Part shown: positions 1-12,700 of the stretch, piece by piece
Layout of the letters: every line of letters starts with the position of its first letter
Numbering within the stretch: the stretch's first letter is position 1
NCBI GenBank assembly: GCA_965178125.1
Contig: OZ237774.1
Coordinates: 124,001-188,000, forward strand
Direction of reading: 5' to 3'
DNA from: Bilabrum cf. latius
Taxonomy: Eukaryota
Length of the DNA stretch: 64,000 nucleotides
Made by a program: the position numbers and the translations under genes
The notes under the pieces: generated by a model
What the model was told of the DNA's origin: nothing
The model's database searches: none
What the model saw: only the letters and a program-made list of their open reading frames with translations

Positions 1-2
1 CA

Positions 3-3000
3 AAGCCCGCGGGTGCAGGATCGGCATTCCGAGCAGCAGCAGCCGCCGCCGGCGCTTCGGCCTCGGGCGATGCCGGCGCCGCGCAGCCTTCCGATGTTCC
101 GCAATCCTTGTCGGAGGACGAGGGGCGCGACCTTGCGATCGCGGCGGGGCCACGCATGGCCGTGCTGTTTTCAGCTCCGGACGAATCGGTGCCCGGGCCC
201 GTATCGGCTTCTATCCAGGGTGCAGCGCACGGCAGTGCACCCGGGGATGTCTGGGCCGCGGACGGACTCGACGCATAGATCGCGGTTGCAACCGCCGTCC
301 TGATGGATTCGGAGCCACAACTCGCGGCGGAGGCAGCGCGGGTCTTGTGGGAGCACTTGGAAGGCGGCGAAACCGCAACCGGCAGAGGAAATGCGCGGCG
401 CCCCCCGGGCCCCCTGGCCATGGTTCCGCTGCTCCCCGCCCGGCTCACCACGGCGGACGGTCCCCTGCACGTGACCCCACGATGGGGGGGGATTTCCCCC
501 GAGTCCCACCGGCTGCTCCCCGGGCCCCTAGGCCTAGCCATCAGCCCCGCCCGGCTGCAGGTGCACGTCACTGCGGTGCTGCTGGCGTCCGGTGGGTCGC
601 AGAAGCCCTTCGATCCTGCGAGCGGAGCGATGCTTCCAGCAGATGACCGCCCATCAGCGGCCCAGCCACCGCGAGCTGCATCGTCATCATCGTCATCGTC
701 GTCGTCGTCGTCACATGCAGCCCAGGCCCAGGCCCTGGCCATCGCCATGCGGGGAGCCCCGGCCGGCGCGCTGGGGCCGTGGATGGGTCGGCTTGGGTCC
801 GGTGTGACGCGCGTGGATGGGGGGGCCTCGACGGGGGCGCTCGTGGGGGCGGCGGCGGGTCTGCGGGCCGCGGCTGACGTCAGCGGGTCATCAGCTCTGA
901 TGGTGCACTCGCTCGGGTCTAGGTGCCTGCGGGCGCCCACCGTGGCCGAGGAACAATCCGCGCTGGGAGTGCGCGGCGCCGGTTCCGCTGTGACGGGCAG
1001 GGTGCTCCGGGTGATGGGCCGGCGGGCGGTGTCGCAGGGCCTGGCGAGGGTGTGGGGCGGGCGTGTGACGAGTGCTGCGGCACGGTTCGGGAGTGGCGGC
1101 GGTGGTGACACGACTCGGGTCGCGGGGACAATTTCGGCACCGGATCTTGCCTGGCTCGCGGTGCGGGTCGCTTCCGGCGGGTCTGGTGGTTCGAGCCGAT
1201 CGAGTGCAGAGGTGGGCAGCAGCAGCAGCAGCAGCGGGAGCAGCATGGATGCCCAGTGGCTGGGGCGATTCGTTGTGTCGCTGCCTGGCGGTGCCCTCGA
1301 CCTCGAGATGGATGCTGGCGCACGGCAGAGGTCAGGGGGCCCTGAACACGATGACGATGGCGATGACGATGACGGTGATAATGGCCATGCTCCGCGATTG
1401 GACGCATAGTCACACCCAGGGCCCAGGGAACAAATGGGGCCCAGGGAACAACTGGGTCCCAGGGAACAACTGGGGCCCAGGGAACACGCCTTGGAAGCCG
1501 CACCCGCCGTGCGCGTGGCGGCGGGCTCGAGGAGCAGATGGCTGCTGACCCATCTCGGTGACCGACTGCGCTTGAGGGGTGGCCAAAGTGGCACCCCGGC
1601 GCGGGAGGGCCCTCGAGCAGCTTCTAATGCGCGAGGCAGGAGCGGCCTGTGGCACCCCTGGGAGGCACTGCCCCAGTACGGTCCCCCGCGCGGCGCCGAC
1701 GGAACCGAAGCGCCGCTGGCTGCGGATTTGACCGCGCTTGTGATGAACGGGCTCTTGTACGCCGGCGGTCTCCGCTCCGATGGAGACGAGGACGGCGGGC
1801 TCGCATCCGGGGAGGATGGTGTGACGAGTGGATCGGATCGCCGCGTGCTGCCGTCATCGCGCCGCCCCTCGGCCCGCGCCGTGCTCGGGCTCCTGGCCCA
1901 GTGGATCCACGAGGATCGGATCACCGTGCCTTGCTTGTTCCCTGGGGAACAGCAAGGACCGCGCGGCAGCACCGCCGGCGGCCAGGCCTCTCGGACCGAG
2001 GGGTCCTCAGGGTCGCAGGTCGATGATGCTGGCCTCGTTGCCGATGCGATCGCCGCCCTGGCCTGGATGGCGGCGGGCCCTCTGCAGCTGCCTGGGATGG
2101 GGGCCTGCGCTGCTGCCGCCTTGTCTGTCGTGGCGCCCGGTATGTTCCGAAGGATGGGGCGGCGGGAGTCGGGAGCGTCGGCCGTGCTGAGGGGTGGTCA
2201 AAGCGGCAGGGGTGGCACGTGGTCGCAGGCGGAGTGGGAGTGGTTCCGCTGCTGCGGCGCCGCGGCACTGCTGCGCGCCAGGCAGGCCACCCCCGGGGTC
2301 GATGGCGAGACTGGGGCAATGCACACAATCTCGATCGAGGTCGCGACGGGGGGCGTGCTACCCGGAGCTGAAACCCTGGCCGATGCCGCGGGGCACCTGT
2401 GGGGCGCCGCGCTTGCGGAACGGGAGCAGAGGCGCCGCGCACGGCTCTGGGCGGCCGCAACGGCTGCTGCCGACGCCGCCGTGGAGTCGTTCCTTCCCAT
2501 GGGTGCAGTGCACGGTGGTGCAGTCGGGTAGGACGCCTCCTCCAGCTGCGAGGGGGGCGGTGCTGGAGCTGCCAGCCCCGATGCGTCCGGCACGGCCATC
2601 GCCAGTGCCATCCCCAGCGCCACGGGTGCTGCTGATTCGAATCCGAGCGGTGCCAGCTCGAAGGCCCCCTTCCGGCACGACTTTGAGTCGCGGGCAGAGG
2701 TGCATCGCACTGTAGTGCTGCGGACCGCGCGCCTATTGCTCCGGATCGGATCTGTGATGGGACCCGAGCAGCTGCCCGAGTGTTCCCCGGAGGTTGCAAC
2801 CGCCGTGCAACGGGCCGCGGAACGGCTGCGGCTTGGCGCGCGCAATGAAGATGAAGAACACAATGCCGCGGGGCCATTGGAGGCTGAGGCCAGGACCGTC
2901 CGGGCCGAGGTCCGCGCGGCGCCTGCGGAACCAGTGGGCACCGGCCCTGCGGCCGACGATGGTCCTGCTCAAGTGCCCACCCCTCCGGTGTCCGATCCAA

Positions 3001-3998
3001 GGACCCGGAGCCGTGTCCTCGAGGTTGCAACCGCGGGTAATTTGCCACCTTCGTGGGCCCTGTGTGCCCTGGCCGCCGCCGCAGACACCGCCAGCAGGCA
3101 CCGGAACCGGGCCGTGCCTCGGGCAGAGCTGGACGACCCGTGCGGGTGGTGGAGGCGCGAGGCGGATCTGTGGGAGGTTGCAACCGCTGTGTACAGGGAG
3201 GTTGCAACCGGGGGGCGCGGGGAGGACAGGGGCGAGGAGGGGGCGGCGCACAGGGTGTTGCGCTCTTTGCGCGGCGCCGGCATGGCGGAACCTCTGGACT
3301 GGGTCTGCTTGGGCCTGGGCCGCATGCCCCGCGGGACGGACGCAGCGGTTGCAACCGCACGCAGGGAACAACTTGCGGAGGCCGCGCGGCGGGGGCGAGA
3401 GCAGAGCGACGGGGGAGCGGAGCGTGCAGGTGCCGGTGCCGGTGCCGGTGCCGGTGCTGGTGCTGGTGCTGGTGCTGGTGCTGGTGCTGGTGCTGGTGCT
3501 GGTGCTGGTGCTGGTGCTGGTGCTGGTGCTGGTGCTGGTGCTGGTGCTGGTGCTGGTGCTGGTGCTGGTGCTGGTGCTGGTGCTGGTGCTGGTGCTGGTG
3601 CTGGTGCTGGTGCTGGTGCTGGTGCTGGTGCTGGTGCTGGTGCTGGTGCTGGTGCTGGTGCTGGTGCTGGTGCTGGTGCTGGTGCTGGTGCTGGTGCTGG
3701 TGCTGGTGCTGGTGCTGGTGCTGGTGCTGGTGCCGGTGCCGGTGCCGGTGCCGGTGCCGGTGCTGGTGCTGGTGCTGGTGCTGGTGCTGGTGCTGGTGCT
3801 GGTGCTGGTGCTGGTGCTGGTGCTGGTGCTGGTGCAGGTGCCGGTGCTGGTGCTGGTGCTGGTGCTGGTGCTGGTGCTGGTGCTGGTGCTGGTGCTGGTG
3901 CTGGTGCAGGTGCCGGTGCTGGTGCTGGTGCTGGTGGGAATGTGGAGGATGCAGATCCCGAAGCTGAAGACGAGCAGAGCGTAAGGAATAACGATGGT

Positions 3999-4030
<32 letters not shown>

Positions 4031-7000
4031 GCACCAGGACGGCAGCGCAATGACGAGTCCAGCCACAGGCACGCACGCGGTTCCGTTCTTCGTCTTGCCC
4101 TTCGAGGCGCCGCGCGGGGGGCGGCGGAACCGGCCCCCCGGCCTGCAGGAGCTGCTCTGGAGGGCGCAGGAACAGGCCCTGGCGCAGTACCGAGGTTCCG
4201 TTAGCGCGCGGCGCCGCGCCGCCGAATCGGAGTCGGGGTGGTCAGAGTCGCCGGGGCTGCTCGAGGTCCAGAGGCTCCGGCGGCAGGCGAGCGGGCAAGG
4301 GGGCAGCTGGCCAGGCAAGCACACGAAGAGAAGCAAGGGCAAGGGCAAGGGCAAGGGCGGTGGGATCCACATGGGTGCCGAGGGGGCCGCGCTCGTCACA
4401 CCGCCCCGGCACCCCGGCTCCTTCGGTTCCATGGATGGATCCATGTCGGATTTGCCGGGCGCCTCTGCCCTTGAAGACCTGGATCAGGCCAGTGGAGATG
4501 GAGGTGGAGGTGGAGGTGGAGATGGCTCGGGCAGCGAGGCGGGGGGGTCGGCCGCGTCGGCCGCTTCGACCACGGGAGGGGGCTCCAGTGCACTGCATGG
4601 TGGTGCGAGCGGGATCGCAGCGAATGGCGGGAGGGGCGACCGGCTGGGCCGGGCCAGCCGGGGGGACTCGGAATCGATGCTTCCCGAGGAGAGGAGGGCC
4701 CTGAGGCGGGCGGCCAGGCGGCACCTGGGCTGGTGGGAGGCACCCGGCAAACCGGAAGAAGGCGCCGCGCACAGCGACACCAGGGCGGCCGAGGCCGCGC
4801 GGAACCGGGCCATCGAACGTTCGTCGGCCGAGAAGGAAGCCGAGGAGCTGCTTCGGTGTGACGAGGAGGACGAGGGGGCGGGCGGCGCCTGCCGGTGGCC
4901 GGGGCACGACCAGTGGCCCGAGGAGTGGGGCCCGGGGAACAGTGTGACGAGTGCGACGGAAGCGGGGGTGCCGGCGATGGAGGGGGTGCATGGGGTGGTG
5001 GGGGACGCGGTTGCAACCGAAGCCGCGGGCCGCGCTCTGGCAGCCGCCGCGGCCGCCGCCGAGGGTGCGACGCAAACCGGCGCCGCGCTTAGCGGAACCG
5101 GTTCCGCACTCGCAACGGACCCGGCGCCGGAGCATCTGCACCTCCCGTCGGACGTGGCCGCGATGCCGGTCGTTGGTTCCGCACAGCTGCTGCCGGCCGG
5201 CGCCGCGGCCCCAGGTCGCTCCCACCCCCCGGGCTCCCCTGCAGCCCTGGCCGAGTGGGTTTTCGGCTCCGAGTGGATGGGCCCCTGCATGGTGCGGGTG
5301 CTGGACCCCCAGGCGGTTGCAACCGGCGCGCAGGGGCACGCCGGCAGCACGACACGCGCGCGGCGCCGCGCGGTTGCGACCAAGCTGGCGCAGGAGGCGT
5401 CGCTGGACGCATCGGCCGCGCGCTCCGGGCGTGCGCGCACGATGGGCCGCGCCCTGGCGATTCTGGCTCCGGATTGCGAGATCGAGGTGCCGAGGGTGTT
5501 CGGAGGCGGGCGGCCGAGAGAGGGGGAGGATACATCCAAGGGTGCATCGCACGGTGGCGCGGGCGCGGCGGCTGGGACCGCCCGCGCACCAGCTGCGGGA
5601 AGCAGGCCCGGTTCCGTGCACGTGCGCGTGCGCGTGCGCGCCCTTGCGATGGGTGTGTCGCCCGACTGGGTGAGCTACCCTGTGCACTCGTCAGTGCTCC
5701 GCGCGGGCGGAGGCTCGCGACTCGGAGCCGCAATCTTGAGGGCCCGAGACAGTTCTTCCAGCGTCGGTGGTGGAGTTGGGGGCAGGGGCGCTGGGAGCCG
5801 AGACGGGTGTGACGAGGACGATTTGGATGGTGTCGCCGGAGCTGCGCCCGGATCTACGGTTTCTGGGGGGTTGGTTGATGGGACGGGCCTCCCGGGACCG
5901 ATTCCCGCTGGTCACGCCGTCCGCGTGCCGGAGCTGCAGCCCCCCGTCGCGGCGCCCGTGCTATTCGGAGCCTATAATGGGGTGGTTCCGCTACCCACGC
6001 GCACCGCCGTGGCCGTGCTTCAGAACGCGCGGCGCCTTGGTATGCGGAACCTGGCGGCGCAGGCGGCGTGGAGCGTGTGGGCCCACGGGATCGGGAGGGA
6101 GGACGCCGGCTCCCTGGCCGAGGCCGGTGTGACGAGTGGGGGGCTGGCCGGCCCCGCCGCCGCCGTCGCCGCCGCGTCTTCGTCCTCCATGGCGTCCTCG
6201 TCAGCCGGCGGCGCCGGTGGTGTGACGAGTGCGGCGGCCCAGCTGGAGAGAGCGCGGCTGTCGTTGCCCGGATCACGGGACTCGGCCAGGTCCTCCATGC
6301 GGGTGCCTCCCGTGGCGGCGGCGGTGCTGTCTTTGGCCACCCTGGCTCCCGCGTTCTCGGAGAGTGGTGGTCGGTCACAGGTTGGCTCGCTCCGGGTCCG
6401 AGCCAGCCTAGAACTGGGGGGCGCTGCGGGGCGGCGGGCGGCGCGGGGGGACGGCGGCGCGCTGCCTCCGCCTGTGGCTGCAGGGGGTGCTAGTGCCCAA
6501 GGGGGTGGCAAAACCGGATCCACCGGTGGAGTGCCTTCCTCTTCTTCTTCCTCAAAGCAGAAGAAAGCGCCGCTCATCGCGCGGTCCTAGGGCGCAAGTG
6601 CTGGCGATGGGGCAGGGACTGCACCTTAGGGTGTCGCAGCGGGTGGCATGGGCATGGGCAGGGGCAGGGGCAGGGGTGCTGGGGCTGGGGCTGGGGCTTC
6701 GCAGCGTGGTGGTGCATGGGGCGGCAGGGGCCGGGGCCGTGGCCGTGGCCGTGGAGTCACCGGAGTTGATTCCAGCTCCGAGTTCGTGTCCCTTGAGACG
6801 GCGCTTGCGATGCGGCAGTCGGCTGCATCGCACGGTAGTGCGCGCGGCGCCGGTGCATCGGTTCCGCTGACGAGTCGCCAGATCCGTCGCCAGAACGAGG
6901 AGAGGGAGATGGCGCTCCGCCGGCAAGCGGTGAGGCTTTAGGAGCAGGCGAGGCAAATGGGACTTCCGGTGGAGCTGGTGCGGCAGCTGGCTGTGGAGAG

Positions 7001-7280
7001 GGAGCGTGAGCGGGAGGCAGCGCTTCGGGAGAGTGTTAGTCGGCAGAGGGGCGGCGGGGGCAGCGGCACAGCGGACGCGTTCACGCTGGGGGGTGGAGGC
7101 GGTGTGACGAGTGGAAGCGGTGTGACGAGTGCTGGGCTGGGCCCCGGTCTGCTCGAGGGGAAGGACAGCGGGGGTTCCGGTTGGACGGGCGATGGCGATG
7201 ATGATGATGATGATGACGAGAGCAGCAGCAGCGGTAGCAGCAGCGACGGGGAGTGGGAACGAGAGGATAGTGACGAGTGA
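3..7280 (+). CDS. Large low-complexity protein of unknown function (5'-partial, >2400 aa), continuous only if TAG is a sense codon
   Basis: ORFs 303-1409, 1434-2531, 2700-6590, 6648-6941 and 6957-7280 share one frame and are separated only by TAG (276, 1407, 2529, 6588, 6627, 6939). The frame is open to the window edge and ends at TGA 7278-7280. No recognisable domain. Confidence 0.75.
1420..1487 (+). repeat. 4 x 18-bp tandem repeat (GGGCCCAGGGAACAACT-like), in coding sequence
   Basis: Read directly. Encodes GPREQ(L/M). The CAGGGAACA core also recurs in tandem near 13925-13960 (reverse) and 20918-20944. Confidence 0.85.
3426..3936 (+). repeat. (GGTGCY)n hexamer microsatellite, ~510 bp, encoding poly-(Gly-Ala)
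   Basis: About 85 consecutive GGTGCT/GGTGCC units, in frame with the surrounding CDS. Confidence 0.97.
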
Positions 7281-7455
7281 TATGGAATAGGTGTGACGAG
7301 TGATGGCGGGACGGGTTCAATCGACTGCCGCTCCACAGCCAAGCATTCAACATGCACAGAGCGCACTTGCCATTTTCTTATATTTGGAGGACCAAACCAC
7401 ACAGCACGCTCGCCCACCCACTCAACGGCGATCACACCGCTCTTCACACCGCTCG

Positions 7456-8373
7456 TCACACCGCTCCGTCCACAGCGGCCCGGATGGCCTCGATGGCACC
7501 CGCTGGGCTCTCCGCCTTGAAGACCCCCGTCCCGCTCACGATCACATTGGCCCCCGCCTTCCCCACGGCCTCGGCGGTTTCACCCGCCTTGATGCCCCCG
7601 TCCACCTGGATGTGCATGCCCGGGCACTTGCCCCGGATCGCGCTCACCTTGCCCATCTGGTCCGACATGAAGGACTGGCCCCCGAACCCCGGCTCCACTG
7701 TCATCACAAGAGCGAGTCCGACGAGTGGCCGGCGCTCTTCTCCTGCTCCCCCTGCTCCCACCTTCGATTCCCCTTCCCCGCTCGATTCAGTCCGCGACCC
7801 ACCACCCGCACCCCATAGCGCCCTCTCCTCCACCGCCACCTTCTCGGACCTCTTGCTCGCCTCCTCCTCCAGCTCGCGGAGAGTGTAGGTCTGCTCCAGG
7901 AGAGGCATCACGTCCTCGATCGCGGTTCCCGGCTTGATGGCCACGCCGGGTCGCATGCCCAGCCTTCGGATCTGCCGGCACAGTTCAGCGGCATCGTCGG
8001 CGCCCGAGCACGTCTCCCAGTGGAACGTGAATCCATCGGCGCCTGCGGCAGCAAACTGTTCAACCCATTTTCTAGGCTCGGAAACCATTAGATGACAGTC
8101 AAGGTACGCAGGTTTCTCGCCCTTTCCTCTCGGGAAGTGCGCCCTGAGCGCCTTGATAACCGGATGCCCGATCGTGAGATTTGGGACGAAGTGTCCGTCC
8201 ATCACATCCATGTGAAGCCAGTCAGCACCGCAATCAATCATGCGTTTGGCTTCGGAAGAAAGATTGGCAAAGTCGCTCGACAGCATGGATGGGGCAATGA
8301 TTGCTTTGGCCGCTTCCCCCTCGCGAACAACCGAAGGTTTAGCCGATGCAGCAGATGCTGAAATTCCTGCCAT
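7456..8373 (-). CDS. RPE: Ribulose-phosphate 3-epimerase
   Basis: Motifs IAPSMLSSDF, HMDVMDGHFVPNLTIG, DCHLMV, VMTVEPGFGGQ and IQVDGG. Likely ATG at 8373, TGA stop. Has a ~50-aa insertion before VMTVEPG. Confidence 0.93.
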   Translation of the reverse strand: MAGISASAASAKPSVVREGEAAKAIIAPSMLSSDFANLSSEAKRMIDCGADWLHMDVMDGHFVPNLTIGHPVIKALRAHFPRGKGEKPAYLDCHLMVSEPRKWVEQFAAAGADGFTFHWETCSGADDAAELCRQIRRLGMRPGVAIKPGTAIEDVMPLLEQTYTLRELEEEASKRSEKVAVEERALWGAGGGSRTESSGEGESKVGAGGAGEERRPLVGLALVMTVEPGFGGQSFMSDQMGKVSAIRGKCPGMHIQVDGGIKAGETAEAVGKAGANVIVSGTGVFKAESPAGAIEAIRAAVDGAV

Positions 8374-8579
8374 ACTGAAGTGATTCAACCTGGTGGTGAG
8401 CTGATATAATCGACAACTTGTTCTATTAATCCGTGCTAAATGGGCTGCTCGCATGCAAAGATGCGCATGATGCGCTGTAGTTGCTGTACGGTATACGTGT
8501 CCCAAACTGCACCTTATCTGATCCGATCCAATCCACCACGCCAACCCCGTACCTGCATTAGGAGGTTTTCGTCGTAGCC

Positions 8580-9305
8580 ATGGTGAGATATCTATAGAAA
8601 TATGCACTACGTGTGGCATATACATACTTGTTACCATGACTGATCAGTTGCGATTGTGCAACCGGTGAAACGGGCTAGGCAGGCCGAATTGTAGATGCAC
8701 TAAACCTGCACGCCTACTGTATTCGCGCTTTCTCAATGCAGGCGGACTTTTCCATGGGACCTGATTTCCAGTACATTCTGCGTATTCTGAACACCAACGT
8801 GGAGGGCCGCAGGAGTGAGTTGCCTCGCCAGCCTAACTAATTAGCACCCTGTTATCGAAGCGCCAACGGCAGGCACTGTCCCACCGGCCCCTCATTGCGT
8901 GCCACAATACCATGAAGCCCATGCGTTGTCTTAATTTCACTTCTTGCAGACATCATGTACGGGCTGACTGCCGTGAAGGGTATCGGCCGGCGTTTCAGCA
9001 ACTTGCTGCTCAAGCGCGCTGGTGTCGACACCAGGAAGCGCGCCGGTGAGCTGACCAAGAAGGAGACCGAGCTCGTGCTGCGAGTGCTCGAGAACCCCGC
9101 CGCGTTCGGCATCGAGGACTGGTTCCTCAACCGCCGCAAGGATTTCGACACGAACAAGAGCATGCAGGTGTACAGCAACACCCTGTCCACTGCCCTGCGT
9201 AACGATCTCGAGCGCATGAAGAAGATGCGCCTGCACCGTGGTGTGCGCCATTTCTGGAAGCTGAAGGTGCGCGGACAGCACACTTGCACCACCGGCCGCG
9301 GCTAA
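8580..9305 (+). CDS. RPS18: 40S ribosomal protein S18 (uS13); exons 8580-8582, 8742-8814, 8950-9305
   Basis: FQYILRILNTNVEGRR|NIMYGLTAVKGIGRRFS...HRGVRHFWKLKVRGQHT. Intron 8815-8949 (GTGAGT..GCAG) restores the frame. The first intron 8583-8741 is inferred; the alternative is an ATG at 8736. TAA stop. Confidence 0.93.
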
Positions 9306-9787
9306 GCGACTGGCTGGGAGCAGCATTGGTTGCAATGGTGAAAGGGGGAGCAGCGGAGGGATAGGTTGGTGGATTTGGGTGGGGAAGACCAGCAGGACGG
9401 CTCTGGTGCAAACAGGAATATGCACAGTCATTCTGTGTATTGTTTTGAGTAGTACCGATGGGAGTCTCGTGTCCTCTGGACCGAGAGGGCTGGATTAGAT
9501 TTGGTGCGAAGTTGAGCCATGCCAGCTCGTTGCATCTTGCGCCTCATTTGGTGCGTGGTGGCGACTGGACCGATATACCACTTCGTCTCCAAACTGTAGG
9601 TGGTGATTTCGCGAATTCAATTCATCATTTAGGTCCGAATAGACCTAAGCACTCAGCCTGGTGGTGCCTTCGTGCACGTGGCGGCAACTGTTGCACTTGG
9701 CACGACCCAAGAAAACTATAATTTCAATCACATACGCGCCATGGCAGTCAGTCACCTTCCCCGTAATGCTCACCGGGAAGCGCCGAT

Positions 9788-12700
9788 TCAGCCGGGCGGA
9801 GGTGCTGCACCGCTACTAGCACCGGGCGCTGGACCCGACACGGACGAGTCCGCCGCTGCAATTCTCCCGCTCCCCCCCCCCTACTGCAGACCACCAGCAC
9901 CCACTCCGGCGACGCCGCCGCCCGTGGTACCGCGATTCAATGCCATCGACCTGCCAGTGCCAGTGCCAGCGCCAGTGCCGCTCTCGTCGATCCTGGTACC
10001 CATGAGCACGCCGCTACCGCTGCCGGCAGCGCGGCCCGGCGGACCATCGCTGTGCGATGATGATCCAGTGCCAGCACTCGTCACACTGCGGGCGGACCCG
10101 CTCCGTGACATGCCCGCCGCCACGATGGGCGTGCCCGCAGCGACCAAGCCAGTAGGCCCATCGGGGGCGGGTCCAGGGCCGGGCCCTGCGCCCGTCGGCA
10201 GCCGAGGGGGTGCCATGCCGCCGCCTTCTGACCCGCCCTACCTGACTCCCATTGCACTCATCACACCGCCACCGCCGCTGCCACTCCCGGTGCCCCCCGG
10301 CAGCCCCCCGAACCCCCCCTGTTCCCCGCTCGGGGAGGCGCCGCTGCCTGCGCTGGCGGGCATGATCCCTGATCCGATCCCTGATCCGATCCGAAGGCCC
10401 TCGGTGCCCCTCGCCGACGATGCCCCGCGCGAGCCACTTCCACTCGTCACACCCCTCGCACTCATCACACCTGCGTCGGACCCCAGCGAGGACTCCCTCG
10501 TCATGCGGCTCGAGCCCATGGACATGGTGCGGCGCTGGGCCTGAGAGGCGTCCGCGGGTGCATTGCCTTGCCGTGCACCCGCATCGCCGCCGGCCTGATG
10601 CCCCATGGTCGTCCCGGTGCCCGCGCTTGGCAACGAGGTTCCGCTGAGCGTGCGCGCGGCGCCCTCGCGCCTGCCCTCCAGGTCCGCGCGGCCCATGAGG
10701 CTACGGTCCCCTAGCCCGGCTGCCGCCTCGTGGGCCCATCGCACCGCAGTGCGCTGCATCTAGTTTTGGCCCTGGCCCTGGCCGCTGCCGACCAGCTGCG
10801 GAGGCGGGGCTCTGTTCGACGCGCTCGTCACACTGACACCGCCACCGGAACCGTGCGACTGAACCGACCCGCGGGTTGCGTCCGGCGGCGAGCCGTGCCT
10901 GCTTGCGGAACCGGTTCTGCGCGGCGCCGCAACGCTCCCGCTCGCAAAGCTCCGCTCCGACTAGCGCCGGACTCCGTCCCGGGCCCAGACGCCCTGATCC
11001 GATCCCTGATCCGATCTCGGCCCCTGCTCCAGACCGGCCATGGCCGCCGCCTGCAGCAGCTCCATGGCCCGGGCCCGGGGGAGCGTCCCCGCGGCGGGGC
11101 CCGGGGTAGCACCTCCCGCACTCGTCACACCGGATCCACCCAGAGCGGAGCCGCTTCCTAAGGTGCCACCTGCTGATCCGATCCTTGTGCCTGATCCGAT
11201 CCCTGCGTCGGCCGTGGGGGTCGCAGCCTTCGCGGCGCCGCGACCCGCGCCCGCGCTCCCGCTTGCACTCGTCACACCTCCTGCGTCCGCTCCGCTCTTT
11301 GCTCTCGGCTTGGTTGGCTGTATTGTCAGCTTCTGACCCCCCTGTTGGTGTGACGAGTGCCCCGAACCCGGCACGTTCATCGGCGGCATCGCCCTCAGCA
11401 TCGACTGCGCCACGGCGCGGCCCACGTCCTCATTTTCGGCTCCGAGTTGCTGCACCATCCAGTTTGCGACCAGCCGCGCGGCGGCGTTCCTGAAGTCCCT
11501 AAGCACCCCGATGGTCTTGTACCCCCTGAGTTCCCCGAACTTGTTCCTCTTGTCCTGCAGGCTCTCCAGCTTCCTGCCCGCCAGTTTGGCCATCTTTTCG
11601 ATCTGGTCCAGGTGGCCCTTCCGCTCGTCCTGCTCCTTTTTGTGCAGGGTGGCTTGGCGGTCCCGCAGCCGCTGCTCCGCTCGCTGCCTGGACCTCGAGC
11701 CCCCATTCGAACCATTTCCGGCTCCGGGTCCGGGGGCGGTTCGGGTGCCACCCGCTCCTGCACCGCTTCCCATTCCAGTGCCCGTGCCAGTGCCAGTGCC
11801 CGTGCCTGCGTCACCGCCGCTGAGACCGCCCGACTCCGCGCCGGCGCCACTCGTCACACCGAGTTGCTCCTCGAGCTCCTTCTTCCTCTTGCTGGTCTCG
11901 TGCCGCTGCATGGCGTAGTCCCTTTCCTCCCTCCTCCGCGCGTCTAGTGCATCCCGCCGCCACCTGCGGGCCTCGTCCGCCAGCCCCTTCATCTTGCGCT
12001 GCTCCTATTTGCTCTCCTTCTCCAACTGGCGCCGCGAGCTGGCGGCCTGCCGCACCACCTGGTTCCGCAGCTGGTCCCTGGTATCGTATCCGTTGAGTTT
12101 CTCCGCCAGATCCATGCGCCCGGACTGCACGGCCAGCGACCCCGCCACCTGCAAGCCCTCGCCCAGCCCCCTGAGAGCTGCAGCCTCGAGCCCCTGCATG
12201 CCGCGCATGGCCGCTTGCTCCACCTCTGCAGATGCCTCATCCTGCTGCGCGGGCAGCAACCGGAGCTTGCCCAGCAGGTCGGATTCGAGCTCCAGATCTA
12301 GGCCCCCCCCCGCCCCGGCTCCCGTGGAGGGGGGGCGCCCCGCCTGCGCTCCCGTTCGGAGCCGACCCGCGGCATCGTAGGCCTCCTCCTGTCCCTGTCG
12401 CATGAGCTGGTCCGCGACGCTCTGAAGCTCGCGGCGGTCTGCGGAACCAGATGGCGCCGCGACAGGTGGACGTCCGTCACCGGCTGCGGAACCATTCTGC
12501 GCGGCGCCTGCTGTCCCAGAAGCGACAGCGCCGCCCACGATCGGGGGTCCGCCCATGCCATTCCCCTGCCCCTGCCCCTGCAAATGACCCTGCAAACGCC
12601 CCTGCCCCTGGCCCTGCCCCTGGCCCTGCCCCATTCCAAATGTTGCAGGCGTGTGCACGCGCTGGCCTCCCCGGATAGCGGAACCGTTCTGCGCGGCGCC

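Noticed and set aside
1921-4444. Long alternative-frame ORFs (poly-HQ, ST, PA, VL, CW) and the many other overlapping ORFs in the track
   Set aside because: They are shadows of the stop-free hexamer array and of high GC content.
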